Shown here piece after piece: positions 20,072-29,920 of a DNA stretch of 64,000 nt. Under the pieces are notes generated by a model. That model was not told the origin of the DNA. It did not search any database and worked only from the letters and a program-made list of their open reading frames with translations. The stretch comes from Arenicellales bacterium (lineage in GTDB: Bacteria > Pseudomonadota > Gammaproteobacteria > Arenicellales > CBDCFT01). The number at the start of each line of letters is the position of its first letter. The first letter of the stretch is position 1. The stretch covers positions 39,649 through 103,648 of the forward strand of contig OZ244198.1 of assembly GCA_965216735.1 (NCBI GenBank), given 5' to 3'. The position numbers and the translations under genes were made by a program.

Positions 20072-21019
20072 CTAGTGGATATTATAAGATTTTAGCAGCG
20101 CGTTTCGGTCCACCGAATTAACAGTAACGGTATGGGTTTCCTTGTTGCGCAAAAATGTTACCGGTATCTCAACACCTGCATCACCTACACCCCAAACGGA
20201 TCGAAACAAGTCGGCCAGTCCGCTGACGGGTTTGCCGTTAATTTCCATAACAATGTCGCCCGCCGCTATTCCCGATTGTGCCGCAGGCCCGCCATCATAC
20301 ACGCCGCCGACAACTAGGGTCGCTTGATTTTCTTGCACAAACCAACCTAACCATGGCCGTGGGGGCTTGTTTTGCCGGCCATAGGTTCGAAGCTCTTCCA
20401 GTATGGGTCTTAGTAGATCGATGGGTACAAACATATTCGCGCTTTCTACGTCGCCGGTTTGATCCACGGTTTGTAACGCAAGGGAACCGATGCCACACAG
20501 TGTGCCGTTGTCATCGAAAAGACCGGCGCCGCCCCAATTGGGATGCGCCGGTGAGGCGAAGATGGCTTCGTCTAGCACATACTCCCAATACCCGGCAAAT
20601 TCCCGCTTGGCGACGACTTCGGCGGTTATGATTTGCTCTTCGCCACCCGCGCCAACAATGATGACCGGGTCCGAAATCTGCAAAGTCGTGGAGGAACCCA
20701 TCGGTGCGGCCGGTAAGTCTATCTTCTGCAACGCCTGCACCAGACCGAATCCGGTTTCCTGATCGTATGCCAATACATAACCCGGTATGGCTTGCGACCT
20801 GTAATCAACAATCCACACGGACTCTGCCTCGGTAACAAGATAACCAATGGTGACGACCAAACCTGGGTCGATAATCACACCATGACCGGAACGTTCGGTG
20901 CCTAGAATAGGGGTAGTGAGGGCATCGTCGGGAATACTCGAGCGTAGTGAGACCACCGATCTTAGTGTAGCTTCAAGATCGAATTGAATGTCAGCCACGC
21001 GTGGTGTGGACATAGTCAT
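20072..21019 (-). CDS. Trypsin-like serine protease with C-terminal PDZ domain
   Basis: Chymotrypsin-fold motifs (GHGVIID..., NWGGAGLF) followed by a PDZ-like GDIVMEINGKPV segment. Confidence 0.75.
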   Translation of the reverse strand: MTMSTPRVADIQFDLEATLRSVVSLRSSIPDDALTTPILGTERSGHGVIIDPGLVVTIGYLVTEAESVWIVDYRSQAIPGYVLAYDQETGFGLVQALQKIDLPAAPMGSSTTLQISDPVIIVGAGGEEQIITAEVVAKREFAGYWEYVLDEAIFASPAHPNWGGAGLFDDNGTLCGIGSLALQTVDQTGDVESANMFVPIDLLRPILEELRTYGRQNKPPRPWLGWFVQENQATLVVGGVYDGGPAAQSGIAAGDIVMEINGKPVSGLADLFRSVWGVGDAGVEIPVTFLRNKETHTVTVNSVDRNALLKSYNIH

Positions 21020-21098
21020 ATTATAAAACAGTGTCGCGAGCGACTGATGAGTTGTTCAACCTATCTTACGCTTATCAACACAAAGTATCTCTATATAG

Positions 21099-22688
21099 CT
21101 ATTCGGGTATTTCAATTTCCAACGTTTGCATCAAATCTTGCGCATGTTGAATTGGCACACCAAGATTGGAGCCACCGAACTCCGGAATAATGGCGGCGTT
21201 AATGGCAATGACGTTTCCACGCAATGTTAATACCGGTCCGCCACTTCCGCCTTGGGTGGTTTCTGCGTCATATACGATGGCATCGTTGGTCACTTGTCCG
21301 ACAATGCCGCGGCTGGCGAGGGGTGTAATAAATTTGTGTTTGGCGAGTTCTTGCGCGACATCCCAGAAGTCGGATTCATCGTTTTCGCTAAGACTGGCCA
21401 CAAAAGATTCGCCCGCTCGGGCGAGCAGGGCACGTATTCCCGTCGGGAAGCCCATTACAATGACCTCGTCACCCGCTTGGGGAACGGAGGTCGACAGCGT
21501 GAGTGGAGTACGCAATCTTGCAGCGTCGGCGCAACGCATAACGGCGATGTCAAATTTGTCGCTGACACCGACCAGTTCAAGGTCAAATGGCTCGGTTTGA
21601 TCAGGTAGATAACCAATCAGACGGTGGTGTCGTGGCGCTAGGCCCAACTGTTGGATACCAATGGCGTCTTCATCTTTTTCCCAAGGTAAGGCGACATGCC
21701 GGTTGGTCAGGAGTGTTCCATTGGGCGCCGCGATGAAGGCGGAACCCGTATAGGTGGCTTCCACTAGCGGTCCTTCGCCTTCCAAGGTAACGAGTGGTCT
21801 GCCGCCTGGAATGCGCATAGGTTCGCCCTCGGCATCAAGCGCCAGACGTAAGGGTTTCCCACTCTCGGGGTCTTCGAATCCAAAACTGCCAAGAATGAAT
21901 ACCACCGCCGGCGCGGAGTTTGCGATAACGCTTTTTGTAGCTTTGGAACGAACTTCCAGAGCGGTGACCCGTTCTTCGGCTGCAATTAGTCCTCGTTCGA
22001 TATCGGAACGTACGGCTTCGAGTTCTTCGCGGGTTAACGCTTCTTGTTCGGCGCGTTCCAATAATTTCGCCAAACCTTGTACACGTTCCTGCTCACGTGC
22101 CAGACGTTCTTCCAATTCGCTGGTTTGCTGGGTGACGGAAACGATAATTGCAGTCAAAGCGGTTATCGCGATGACGACACTGATGCGAAACCAGAGTGAT
22201 GTTTTTGTCACCAGTTCTCGACTGATACCAGACAATAGCGAGGGTAGCTGACGCCACATGGGTCTATCGTCGCGGCGTGCGTAGTCGACACAATCTACGA
22301 AAACATCTTTTACGGATTTGTAGATTTGCGCTCCCGCGGGATATTGGCGAAAACGAAACACCGGCCCACGTTCGATTTCGACCAAATCGCCGGAAGTCAG
22401 CAACCGATTTTTAGTTTTTTCTCCGTTAACCCATATGGATCGTTCCGAAGTTGTTTCGATTTCGTAGCTTTCGCCGGAGCGGTGTAAGGTAGCAATGAGT
22501 CGTTCGGTTGTGACTCCATCAGGTTTAATAAATTCGATTCCAGTGTTACTCGCTTCGATCCAAAGCGTTTTCCCCTCGATTTTTACTGTTTGTCCGCGTT
22601 TTGGCCCGGATAAATGAACAATCGCTACCGTCTTGTCAGTACCATTGGCCTGTACCGTTGCGGCTTGATCATTTTCCTGAACGGACAT
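21099..22688 (-). CDS. FHA-like / TM / coiled-coil / trypsin-like protease multidomain protein
   Basis: N-terminal FHA-like ends (LTSGDLVEIERGPVFRF), one TM helix, a coiled coil (ELEERLAREQERVQGLAKLLERAEQE), and a C-terminal trypsin fold with GGSGGPV. Confidence 0.7.
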   Translation of the reverse strand: MSVQENDQAATVQANGTDKTVAIVHLSGPKRGQTVKIEGKTLWIEASNTGIEFIKPDGVTTERLIATLHRSGESYEIETTSERSIWVNGEKTKNRLLTSGDLVEIERGPVFRFRQYPAGAQIYKSVKDVFVDCVDYARRDDRPMWRQLPSLLSGISRELVTKTSLWFRISVVIAITALTAIIVSVTQQTSELEERLAREQERVQGLAKLLERAEQEALTREELEAVRSDIERGLIAAEERVTALEVRSKATKSVIANSAPAVVFILGSFGFEDPESGKPLRLALDAEGEPMRIPGGRPLVTLEGEGPLVEATYTGSAFIAAPNGTLLTNRHVALPWEKDEDAIGIQQLGLAPRHHRLIGYLPDQTEPFDLELVGVSDKFDIAVMRCADAARLRTPLTLSTSVPQAGDEVIVMGFPTGIRALLARAGESFVASLSENDESDFWDVAQELAKHKFITPLASRGIVGQVTNDAIVYDAETTQGGSGGPVLTLRGNVIAINAAIIPEFGGSNLGVPIQHAQDLMQTLEIEIPE

Positions 22689-22695
22689 TGTTTCG

Positions 22696-23373
22696 TTATG
22701 GATTGGTTTGCTGATGGTCTAACGGCGATAAGCGATAAACCGCCTCAATTAATGAACTCAATCCCTTTTCTTTAAAACGCGGAACCTTATCGAGTATTTC
22801 ATTTCTGCGTAGTTGGTCGACCCTGCGCCAATATTTATACAATTCCCTGACTTCTTCCAGTACAACTGAGAAGGGTGGACCCTCCATTTCATGCTGCTGA
22901 TATTCCAACGTGATGAGTAATGTTTCGGCAGATGGCGGCATTATTTGTCGTAAGTGTTCGACATAACGTTTACGCATAACCAGTGGAAAGGCGATCAACG
23001 ATGCTCGATCGTAAATGGCGCCGACGGAGGCTAAGTGTTGTACTTCGAGATTAAAAAAGTCGCCACACAGGATGTCGATATTGCCCGATTGCCAAAGTTC
23101 GAACGTATCTTTGTTAGATCTCTGTGCAGTTAGATCATTTTCAATAAAGAAATCGCTAACAGCGATAGAGCTAATTTCAATACCCAGAACACGATATCCG
23201 TTTTCTGCCAGCCATAACATATCCAAACTTTTCCCACATAACGGTACGAATACCGTAGTGCCCTTGTTCAGAGAAAATTCCGGCCAATACTTTTGCAGTA
23301 GTGGATTAAAAGCATTCTGGTGAAACGCAATCTCATTGTTACTCCACCGCTCGTGCCAGAATTCTTCTCGCAT
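22696..23373 (-). CDS. tpm: Thiopurine S-methyltransferase
   Basis: FWHERWSNNEIAFHQ...VFVPLCGKSLDMLWLAENGYRVLGIE is the TPMT signature. Confidence 0.85.
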   Translation of the reverse strand: MREEFWHERWSNNEIAFHQNAFNPLLQKYWPEFSLNKGTTVFVPLCGKSLDMLWLAENGYRVLGIEISSIAVSDFFIENDLTAQRSNKDTFELWQSGNIDILCGDFFNLEVQHLASVGAIYDRASLIAFPLVMRKRYVEHLRQIMPPSAETLLITLEYQQHEMEGPPFSVVLEEVRELYKYWRRVDQLRRNEILDKVPRFKEKGLSSLIEAVYRLSPLDHQQTNP

Positions 23374-23676
23374 GTAATGACAAGGCTTCCTTAGTTTGGA
23401 TTAATTAATCGGACAATGTTAAAGATTGTAATGTTTTTACGGATATGAAATTGCATAAAAATGCGCCTGCAAAACCTTAAAACAAGCCATTTATCTCCAT
23501 GTTTTGTGACCAATTTCACTTGTTTGTTGTGAAAACTTGATTTTGGTCAATGACGCTTAGGAGTTATACTATGTGTGGGCGTCGTTTCGGCGGGGATACC
23601 GTGGCAAGCATACTTGTTCGGGCCGAAGCGGCTTGGCGTTGTGATTTCAGTAATAGTGCTGAAACAGGGGGTAACT

Positions 23677-24216
23677 GTGGGCATATTAAAGTGTCAATGG
23701 CGGCAAGCATTCGTTTTTGTTTGTCTATTTTTATTTACGTCGCTAAGCCAATCTGCAATACGCAGCGGTGAGCGTGCGTTCGACTTCGATTCAGGACTAA
23801 TCGCGGACAAGCCGGATTTGTATTTGCGTTCGGCCAGTTTCACACTGGCGGAGCAATGCGAACCCGCGAATCCAGTGATGTATGTCACGGTCGAGATTGC
23901 TAATCTAGGCAAAAATCCTGATTTACTGCGTACCAGAGGTAACTTTGTGTACGCGGTCAACACGCGTATGAAACATTGGGGTAATGGTGTGTTAGTGCCC
24001 ACCGTTTTGCAGGGCGGTACCGAGTCCGTTACTTTTCCAATTTATTACTACGGCGCTTCGCCTAAGTTTATGCCCGGCGTGCACCGGTTTGTGGTCGGCG
24101 TATCTTTAGGTAAGGATGCAGACGAAGCCAACTATGAAAACAACCGCTTCGGTCCGGTCGTGGTTGAACTACCGATAGACTTTTGTGAAACCGGTTTGGA
24201 GTTAACCGAGGGATAG
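23677..24216 (+). CDS. Secreted hypothetical protein (CARDB-like beta-sandwich guess)
   Basis: The track ORF begins at 23575. A GTG at 23677 preceded by caggggg gives a typical signal peptide (KCQWRQAFVFVCLFLFTSLSQSA). VTVEIANLGKNPD resembles CARDB strands. Confidence 0.5.
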   Translation: MGILKCQWRQAFVFVCLFLFTSLSQSAIRSGERAFDFDSGLIADKPDLYLRSASFTLAEQCEPANPVMYVTVEIANLGKNPDLLRTRGNFVYAVNTRMKHWGNGVLVPTVLQGGTESVTFPIYYYGASPKFMPGVHRFVVGVSLGKDADEANYENNRFGPVVVELPIDFCETGLELTEG

Positions 24217-24219
24217 ATT

Positions 24220-24426
24220 TTAACCTTGTAAGAGTTTCACGGCGACTAATACTACGCCTAGTTTTTCTTCCAGTGACTTGACAAGGGAAAGCTCAGCCTC
24301 ATCAAGTTTATCGGTTTTGCTTTCCAAGGTATCGAAAGCGATTAAGATTTTGCCGAGCCGTTTTTCAAGCTGTCTAGTGGCGTCCAGATCCGGCACATCG
24401 ATTTGGTTTGAAATGCTGTAAAGCAC
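24220..24426 (-). CDS. Small hypothetical protein (68 aa)
   Basis: GTG start 6 nt downstream of GGAGGG. The helical, acidic sequence matches no family I can name. Confidence 0.4.
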   Translation of the reverse strand: MLYSISNQIDVPDLDATRQLEKRLGKILIAFDTLESKTDKLDEAELSLVKSLEEKLGVVLVAVKLLQG

Positions 24427-24432
24427 GCTAGT

Positions 24433-24441
24433 CCCTCCGCA
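24433..24441. repeat. Target-site duplication (CCCTCCGCA), left copy, of the IS256-family element
   Basis: An identical 9-mer directly abuts both ends of the element (second copy at 25829-25837). Confidence 0.85.
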
Positions 24442-25828
24442 GAGTTATTGTCAAATCTGGTGTATGAACGAATTGGATTAAGCGGCGATCTGATGGTTTG
24501 AAGTGAGCTCGATTCCGTCTACAAATTTGATTCCGTCAATCACTTTGGCTAGATAATTAAAGCCGCGTAGTCGACGCCAGTTCTTCTCGGCACATTGTCC
24601 TAATTTGAACATCATGTGCAACATACCATCTCGAGTCAAACAGCCCTTGGAGCGTTTGGTTCGGTGTCGGATGGTTCCAAATGTCGACTCAATAGGGTTG
24701 GTGGTTCGCAAGCTCTGCCAGTGTTGAGCAGGGAAGTCATAAAATGACATCAGTTCGGGATGATCTTTTTCTAAACACTGCGTGGCCTTGGGATATTTAG
24801 GCTCATAGGTTTGGATGAACGTGGTGAAAGCGCTTTCAGCTTGTGCTTTCGTCGGTGCTTGCCAGATGTCCTGTAAGGATTGTTTGGCTTTAGGCTGAAG
24901 CGATTTAGGCAAACAATTGAGCACATTCATGCTCTTATGCATCCAGCAGCGTTGGTGACGAGTGTCAGGATAAATTTCATCCAACGCCGACCAAAACCCC
25001 ATGGCCCCATCACCAATGGCTAACTGCGGCGCACCCATTCCCCTGGACTTCAGGTTGAGTAATACCTCGCGCCAACTCTGCGTCGATTCGCGCACACCAT
25101 CGTCTATCGCCAAAAACCGTTTCTGGCCCCGTTCATTGACACCAATAATAACCAGGGCGCAGAGTTTGGCTTGCTCTGCCCTAAGACCACTGTAGACGCC
25201 GTCAGCCCAGATATAGACCCAACCCTCCTTGGACAAATCATCTTTACGAAAGGCTTCATATTCTGAAGCCCACACTTGTTTCAGGCGCGACACCGTACTC
25301 GCCGATAACCCCTGTGCATCCGCCCCCACCAGCGCTTGTAAGGCCTGCGACATCTCGCCACTCGATACCCCTTTCAAATACAACCACGGTAAAGCCGCTT
25401 CCAGCGATCGGGTCTTACGAATATAGGGAGGAACCAACGCGGATCGAAAGGTGACCGGTTCACCACCTCTGGAGCGAACCTTGGGTATCTGCACCGTCAC
25501 CGGTCCAATTCCCGTTTGAATTGCTCGGGTGGGTTGGTAACCATTACGCACAACAGCCGCTTTGCCATCGGCGGTGTGTTGTTCAGAGAATTTATCGATA
25601 AACTCCATCATTTCTGCCTCGACCGCTGTATGGATCAATTGCTGCGCCCCGCTCTGCAGTAGCGCCGTCAGCTGATCGGTAAAACTACCTCGATCTTCAA
25701 GTGAAATAACGTTACTCTTACTCATGAGTGGCGTATCCTCGTTTGATTAAATTAAAGTTCAGCAACTTCAAATTAATCAGATACGCCGCTTTTCTTCAAC
25801 TTCCTAAACACCAGATTCAGTTATAACT
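24442..25828 (-). mobile_element. IS256-family insertion sequence (complete)
   Basis: Terminal inverted repeats GAGTTATTGTCAAATCTGGTGT and the reverse complement of ACACCAGATTCAGTTATAACTC match at 17 of 22 positions. One mutator-type transposase ORF. Flanked by a 9-bp TSD. Confidence 0.9.
24478..25725 (-). CDS. IS256-family (mutator-type) transposase
   Basis: 415 aa. Typical IS256 transposase layout, including the ...RCWMHKSMNVLNCLPK... region. Confidence 0.9.
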   Translation of the reverse strand: MSKSNVISLEDRGSFTDQLTALLQSGAQQLIHTAVEAEMMEFIDKFSEQHTADGKAAVVRNGYQPTRAIQTGIGPVTVQIPKVRSRGGEPVTFRSALVPPYIRKTRSLEAALPWLYLKGVSSGEMSQALQALVGADAQGLSASTVSRLKQVWASEYEAFRKDDLSKEGWVYIWADGVYSGLRAEQAKLCALVIIGVNERGQKRFLAIDDGVRESTQSWREVLLNLKSRGMGAPQLAIGDGAMGFWSALDEIYPDTRHQRCWMHKSMNVLNCLPKSLQPKAKQSLQDIWQAPTKAQAESAFTTFIQTYEPKYPKATQCLEKDHPELMSFYDFPAQHWQSLRTTNPIESTFGTIRHRTKRSKGCLTRDGMLHMMFKLGQCAEKNWRRLRGFNYLAKVIDGIKFVDGIELTSNHQIAA

Positions 25829-25837
25829 CCCCTCCGC
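25829..25837. repeat. Target-site duplication (CCCTCCGCA), right copy
   Basis: Identical to 24433-24441. Confidence 0.85.
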
Positions 25838-26271
25838 ACGGTTATCGCAGGATGTCATCATGGACTTTTGTTATCTTTGATAAAAGATGGTTAGTGAAAT
25901 CATTTGTAGTTGTTATCACTTAACCCTGTGGAACATGGTAAAACTTCATCGAATCTCGGTTGACCAGGTACGACCCGTAGCAGTCGAATTCATAGAAATA
26001 AAATAAAGTCCGAGATAGACCGCAATACCGACGTATAGTAGTTAGTACTCGTAAAAACATCACTGACGTTTGAATCAAATGAAGAGGTCGTGCGTCGTTA
26101 TTTAGTAACGATGCACGTTGCTGTATATCCTGAGGGGCTCAAATCAACAAACGAATGAAGTAATCGGTTGTATGTCTATGTTATGGTTCTACTTGTTTGC
26201 AAAAAATACGACTTTCAAGTAGTGAACTCTGAGTACATCTCAATGAGGGCGATCACGTCCGCTCAAATGCC

Positions 26272-27261
26272 ATGGGCTCGATATTCGACGACATTGACTC
26301 CCTAAATCCACTGCACGAGCAATACGAGAGACTTGAACGTCTTATTCGACCGTACCGTGAGCTGGAAGCGCAGATGGCTCGCTTGATCGAGCCACATGCT
26401 GAACTGTACAAATATGCACTGGAAAGCGCTTCGCCCTTTGCGCAAAGGCATCTAGAGGCAATGCGACTTCTTCAACCATCAGTCTTAAGTGAGCTCGAAA
26501 GAGTACGCGCGGCAATCGAGTCTCCAGCACTTCGGCAGATCGAAGCCGTCATACAACCCCAAAAAAGGTTTGCGGAGCAGCTGCAAAGAGCAATTTCGCC
26601 GTATTCCGATTTGTTTGACTCACTTAGAAAGAACGTCCAGTCACATGCTGAGTTATACCAGCAGATCGCGGAACGCCTCGATCCTCTCCGCAAAATGCTT
26701 GAGCGGCTGGAAGAGTTGGATATCACAGTAACTGAAGATGGAAGGGTTACCGTCGGACGCAATACCGTTTCAGCAGGTGATATCGAATCCGCACTGGATA
26801 GCCTCCCCGAAAGCACGGAAGATGTTGAATCCTTCATTGGCCAATTCATCGATTGGCTAAAGCGGCTTTCGGAGCCTGTTCGCTACGCGATCTTGTACGT
26901 ACTATTGCCGTATCTGGTAACTATCATCGGAAATCTAACAACCCCTCTTTATGAAGATTGGTGGAAAGAACACTCCCAGCTTGATAAACGAGTGGTCAAA
27001 AAGGAAATCGTTCGAAAGGCACAGGAACAATTCGATCCTTCAGATTTGACGGCGTTTAGATTTGTTTATGCCACCTCTTTGAACGTGAGATCAGATCCGA
27101 AGCGAAATGCGGAGATACTGGATACCCTTATCACAGGGAAGGTTGTAAAAGTGATTGAGAGGCGGCGTTCGTGGACCTATATAGAGTATTATGATGATCA
27201 TCTTGAAGAAAACGTAACAGGCTGGGTCTTTTCTCGGTACATTCGAAAGTTCGTGAAATAA
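26272..27261 (+). CDS. Orphan protein: Pro-punctuated helical repeats, one TM helix, C-terminal bacterial SH3 domain
   Basis: About ten 13-14-aa units (RPYRELEAQMARLI / EPHAELYKYALESA / SPFAQRHLEAMRLL ...). TM segment YAILYVLLPYLVTIIGNL. SH3b-like segment LNVRSDPKRNAEILDTLITGKVVKV...WTYIEY...GWVFSRYI. Confidence 0.65.
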   Translation: MGSIFDDIDSLNPLHEQYERLERLIRPYRELEAQMARLIEPHAELYKYALESASPFAQRHLEAMRLLQPSVLSELERVRAAIESPALRQIEAVIQPQKRFAEQLQRAISPYSDLFDSLRKNVQSHAELYQQIAERLDPLRKMLERLEELDITVTEDGRVTVGRNTVSAGDIESALDSLPESTEDVESFIGQFIDWLKRLSEPVRYAILYVLLPYLVTIIGNLTTPLYEDWWKEHSQLDKRVVKKEIVRKAQEQFDPSDLTAFRFVYATSLNVRSDPKRNAEILDTLITGKVVKVIERRRSWTYIEYYDDHLEENVTGWVFSRYIRKFVK

Positions 27262-27858
27262 ATGCTCCTTTGGGGGCGCGAAATAGAAATCTAACGTGGC
27301 CCTCAAACTGACGTTCACACACGCCGACTGGTTTGACCACATAAGGAGGCATCCAGATAGCTGTCGAGCAAAGGAGCACGGTAATATTGTGCCAGAATTT
27401 GAGGGAAGATCACTCCTTGAACGAGCGATCTTAGTTCTAGACCAGGTGTCAGTGTTTCAACTCGTTTGGGTTGCCTTGATCAACGCGTCATGCTCTACAA
27501 CAGTGAGTTTGATTCGAATGAGTTCAAAAGGTCGCTGCTTTGGACATCAAAGCGAGGTTAAAAAACTCCCGTCAAACCGAAGTACAAAATGCTGGAGGTT
27601 TTCCGGCATGGGAGAATCCGGGGGCCTTAAACGAATTGGTCAACGGATTTCTAACGAATACTTCGCCCTTAATTTGCTCAAAATGCACCCCGCTTGTGTC
27701 CGTTGACCGGCGAAACCGACGTTGAAGCCCACATTCAATTGTCCGAACGGTTGCAATATAGCAACAATTCCTGCGCGGTAAGATTTCTTATTCTTCGGAT
27801 TGGGTAGCGAGTGTTCTACTGGCGCTTTAATACTCGTTGCGGCCATTGGGTTATTTAA

Positions 27859-29004
27859 GGAAGCTCTGAACAAGGCGTTCAATTAACGAGCACACGCTCC
27901 GTGAAAAAATAAATGACTTGATTTGGCGGATTGCGCCTAGAAATTGGCCCTTTCTGTGTTGTTTTTCCGTCATTTCCCATTTTATAGACGCATTGCTCCA
28001 TCAAGCGGCCAATTGCCGCCTTGCCAGATAAAAGTTTGCCAGGGCCATTAACGTAAATACCTGACTCGCATTCTTATCTATCCCTGTGTATCTCACCTTT
28101 CGATAACCCCACAGATTCTTCACGACACCAAAGATATGCTCAACACGGGCACGGGTCCGATTGCTCTTGCGATTAAAAGAGTGGTCCGCACAACTGAGCT
28201 TCTTACCCCGACGAGCCTTGCGGTTGATGCGCCAAGTGATACCCGACGATTCCAGGGCTTGCTTCTTCGAGTCACTGGCATACGCTTTGTCACCATAGAC
28301 CGCCTCCTCATCTCCATGGATCAAATCATCCATCAATTGCGAATCGTGTACACTGGCATCGGTCACCGCCACACTGTGGGCGCGGCCTTGCTCATCCGTT
28401 CCCACATGAATCTTCATGCCAAAGTGCCATTGGTTGCCTTTCTTGGTCTGCTTCATCTCCGGGTCCCGTTCCTTCTTCTGGTTCTTCGTCGAACTCGGTG
28501 CCGAGATGATCGTCGCATCCACTATCGTCCCCTCGCTCAATATCAAATTCCGATCCGATAAGTACTTCTCCGTCTTACGAAATAGTTTCTCAGTCAGGTT
28601 ATACCGTTCCAGGCGATGCCGAAACCGGCAAATGGTCGATTCATCTGGTATGCCATCAAGACTTAACCCGGCAAACAATCGCATCGAGGTTATATCATAG
28701 AGACTGTCTTCCATCGCCGGATCACTCAGTCCGTACCATTGCTGCATAAAGTAGATTCGCAGCATTGACTCCAGTTCGATTGGTGGACGTCCGTTTCCTC
28801 GAGCCGGATAGCGGCGTTTGATGACGTTAACAAGCTCTTTCCAGGGCAGTATCTCTTCCATTTCAGACAGAAACAGATCTTTGCGCGTCTTTTTCTTTTT
28901 GACACAATACTCAAGGTCGCTAAAGCTTGATCCAGACATTAGATAGGTAGGGTTGTTGAAGATTAGTCCATTATCTCATTGACAATAACTTTTGCAGAGT
29001 TTCC
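27859..29004 (-). mobile_element. IS5-family insertion sequence
   Basis: 16-bp terminal IRs GGAAGCTCTGAACAAG and GGAAACTCTGCAAAAG (13 of 16 identical). TAA lies immediately outside both ends. One InsH-like transposase. Confidence 0.8.
28001..28939 (-). CDS. IS5-family transposase (InsH-like)
   Basis: FSDLEY...TRKDLFLSEMEEILPWKELVNVI...GNGRPPIELESMLRIYFMQQWYGLSDPAMEDSLYD closely parallels E. coli IS5 InsH as I recall it. Confidence 0.9.
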   Translation of the reverse strand: MSGSSFSDLEYCVKKKKTRKDLFLSEMEEILPWKELVNVIKRRYPARGNGRPPIELESMLRIYFMQQWYGLSDPAMEDSLYDITSMRLFAGLSLDGIPDESTICRFRHRLERYNLTEKLFRKTEKYLSDRNLILSEGTIVDATIISAPSSTKNQKKERDPEMKQTKKGNQWHFGMKIHVGTDEQGRAHSVAVTDASVHDSQLMDDLIHGDEEAVYGDKAYASDSKKQALESSGITWRINRKARRGKKLSCADHSFNRKSNRTRARVEHIFGVVKNLWGYRKVRYTGIDKNASQVFTLMALANFYLARRQLAA

Positions 29005-29253
29005 TAAGGTTAATTGGCGTCGAAGGCTGACCCGTCTTTTTAAGGAATTTTATTTGCTCTAACAATGAGATACACGAAAATTTGGTGGGTCACCGTTCGG
29101 CGCCGATATGGGTCAAATTTCAACGCTGATTGACAACCTATCAAACAGCGTTCATTTTTGAACAATGTCAGCTTCCAAAAAATGATCGGTTTGGGGAGTC
29201 AAAAAATAACTGCTGTAATTTGACAACCCAGATTAATTAAATCGGCATTTAAT

Positions 29254-29667
29254 TTAAATTCTTGATTTAACGCTTTTACACACATGCGGTCGTTGTGTTG
29301 AGCCCCGCACTACAAGCTCGGTGTCGAGTAACACCGAATCTGGCAGTTGTTGTTTGGTAATTGCGTCGATAAGATATTTTGTAGCTATCTCACCCATATC
29401 ATGAGCGGGTACTCGGATCGTAGTGAGTTGTGGCGTAACGTGTTCGGTAATTGGATGGTCATCGAAGCCGATGATTGAAATGTCTTTAGGTACAACATAC
29501 CCAGCCTCCCGACAACCATGAATAGCACCAACAGCTTGAATGTCGTTAGCGGAAAACACAGCCGTTATACCCTTATCCTGTTCCAGGATTCGTTCCATAG
29601 CAATTTGTCCTTCCGTAAACTCAAAATCACACTCCTGAATCAAGTGAGAGTCAACGCTGTTTAACAT
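29254..29667 (-). pseudogene. LacI-family regulator, C-terminal effector-domain fragment only
   Basis: AVFSANDIQAVGAIHGCREAGYVVPKDISIIGFDD...TTIRVP is the distal half of a LacI/PBP-type domain. The HTH and the first subdomain are missing. Confidence 0.7.
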
Positions 29668-29802
29668 TCAGCCAAGAAGAGCCGTTCAGAATATGATGCA
29701 TTGTGGCTCATAAAGTTTCGTCAATTGGCAAACCGAAAGCTTGCAATGTGGCGATTTGATATGCCGAATTGATTGCAGAAATAAGATTCGCGAAGACGGC
29801 AT

Positions 29803-29837
29803 CAGCACAAAAGAACGGGGCGCCGCAGCGCCCCGTT
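29803..29837 (-). terminator. Rho-independent terminator downstream of the acetamidase gene
   Basis: Perfect 10-bp GC-rich stem AACGGGGCGC/GCGCCCCGTT (29814-29837) with a 4-nt loop. On the minus strand it is followed by CTTTTGT. Confidence 0.75.
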
Positions 29838-29920
29838 GGTATCTGACTGGAGAGATCCGTTTGCCAAAACCTACTACGCTGAGGAAAGGTGGGAGCGCCC
29901 CCCCCGATAGGCCAGGACGT

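Noticed and set aside
29121-29230. Two TTGACAACC words as possible Tn7-like end repeats
   Set aside because: There are only two 9-mers, which is within chance expectation for this interval. There is no TnsB-type gene and no terminal TGT structure nearby.
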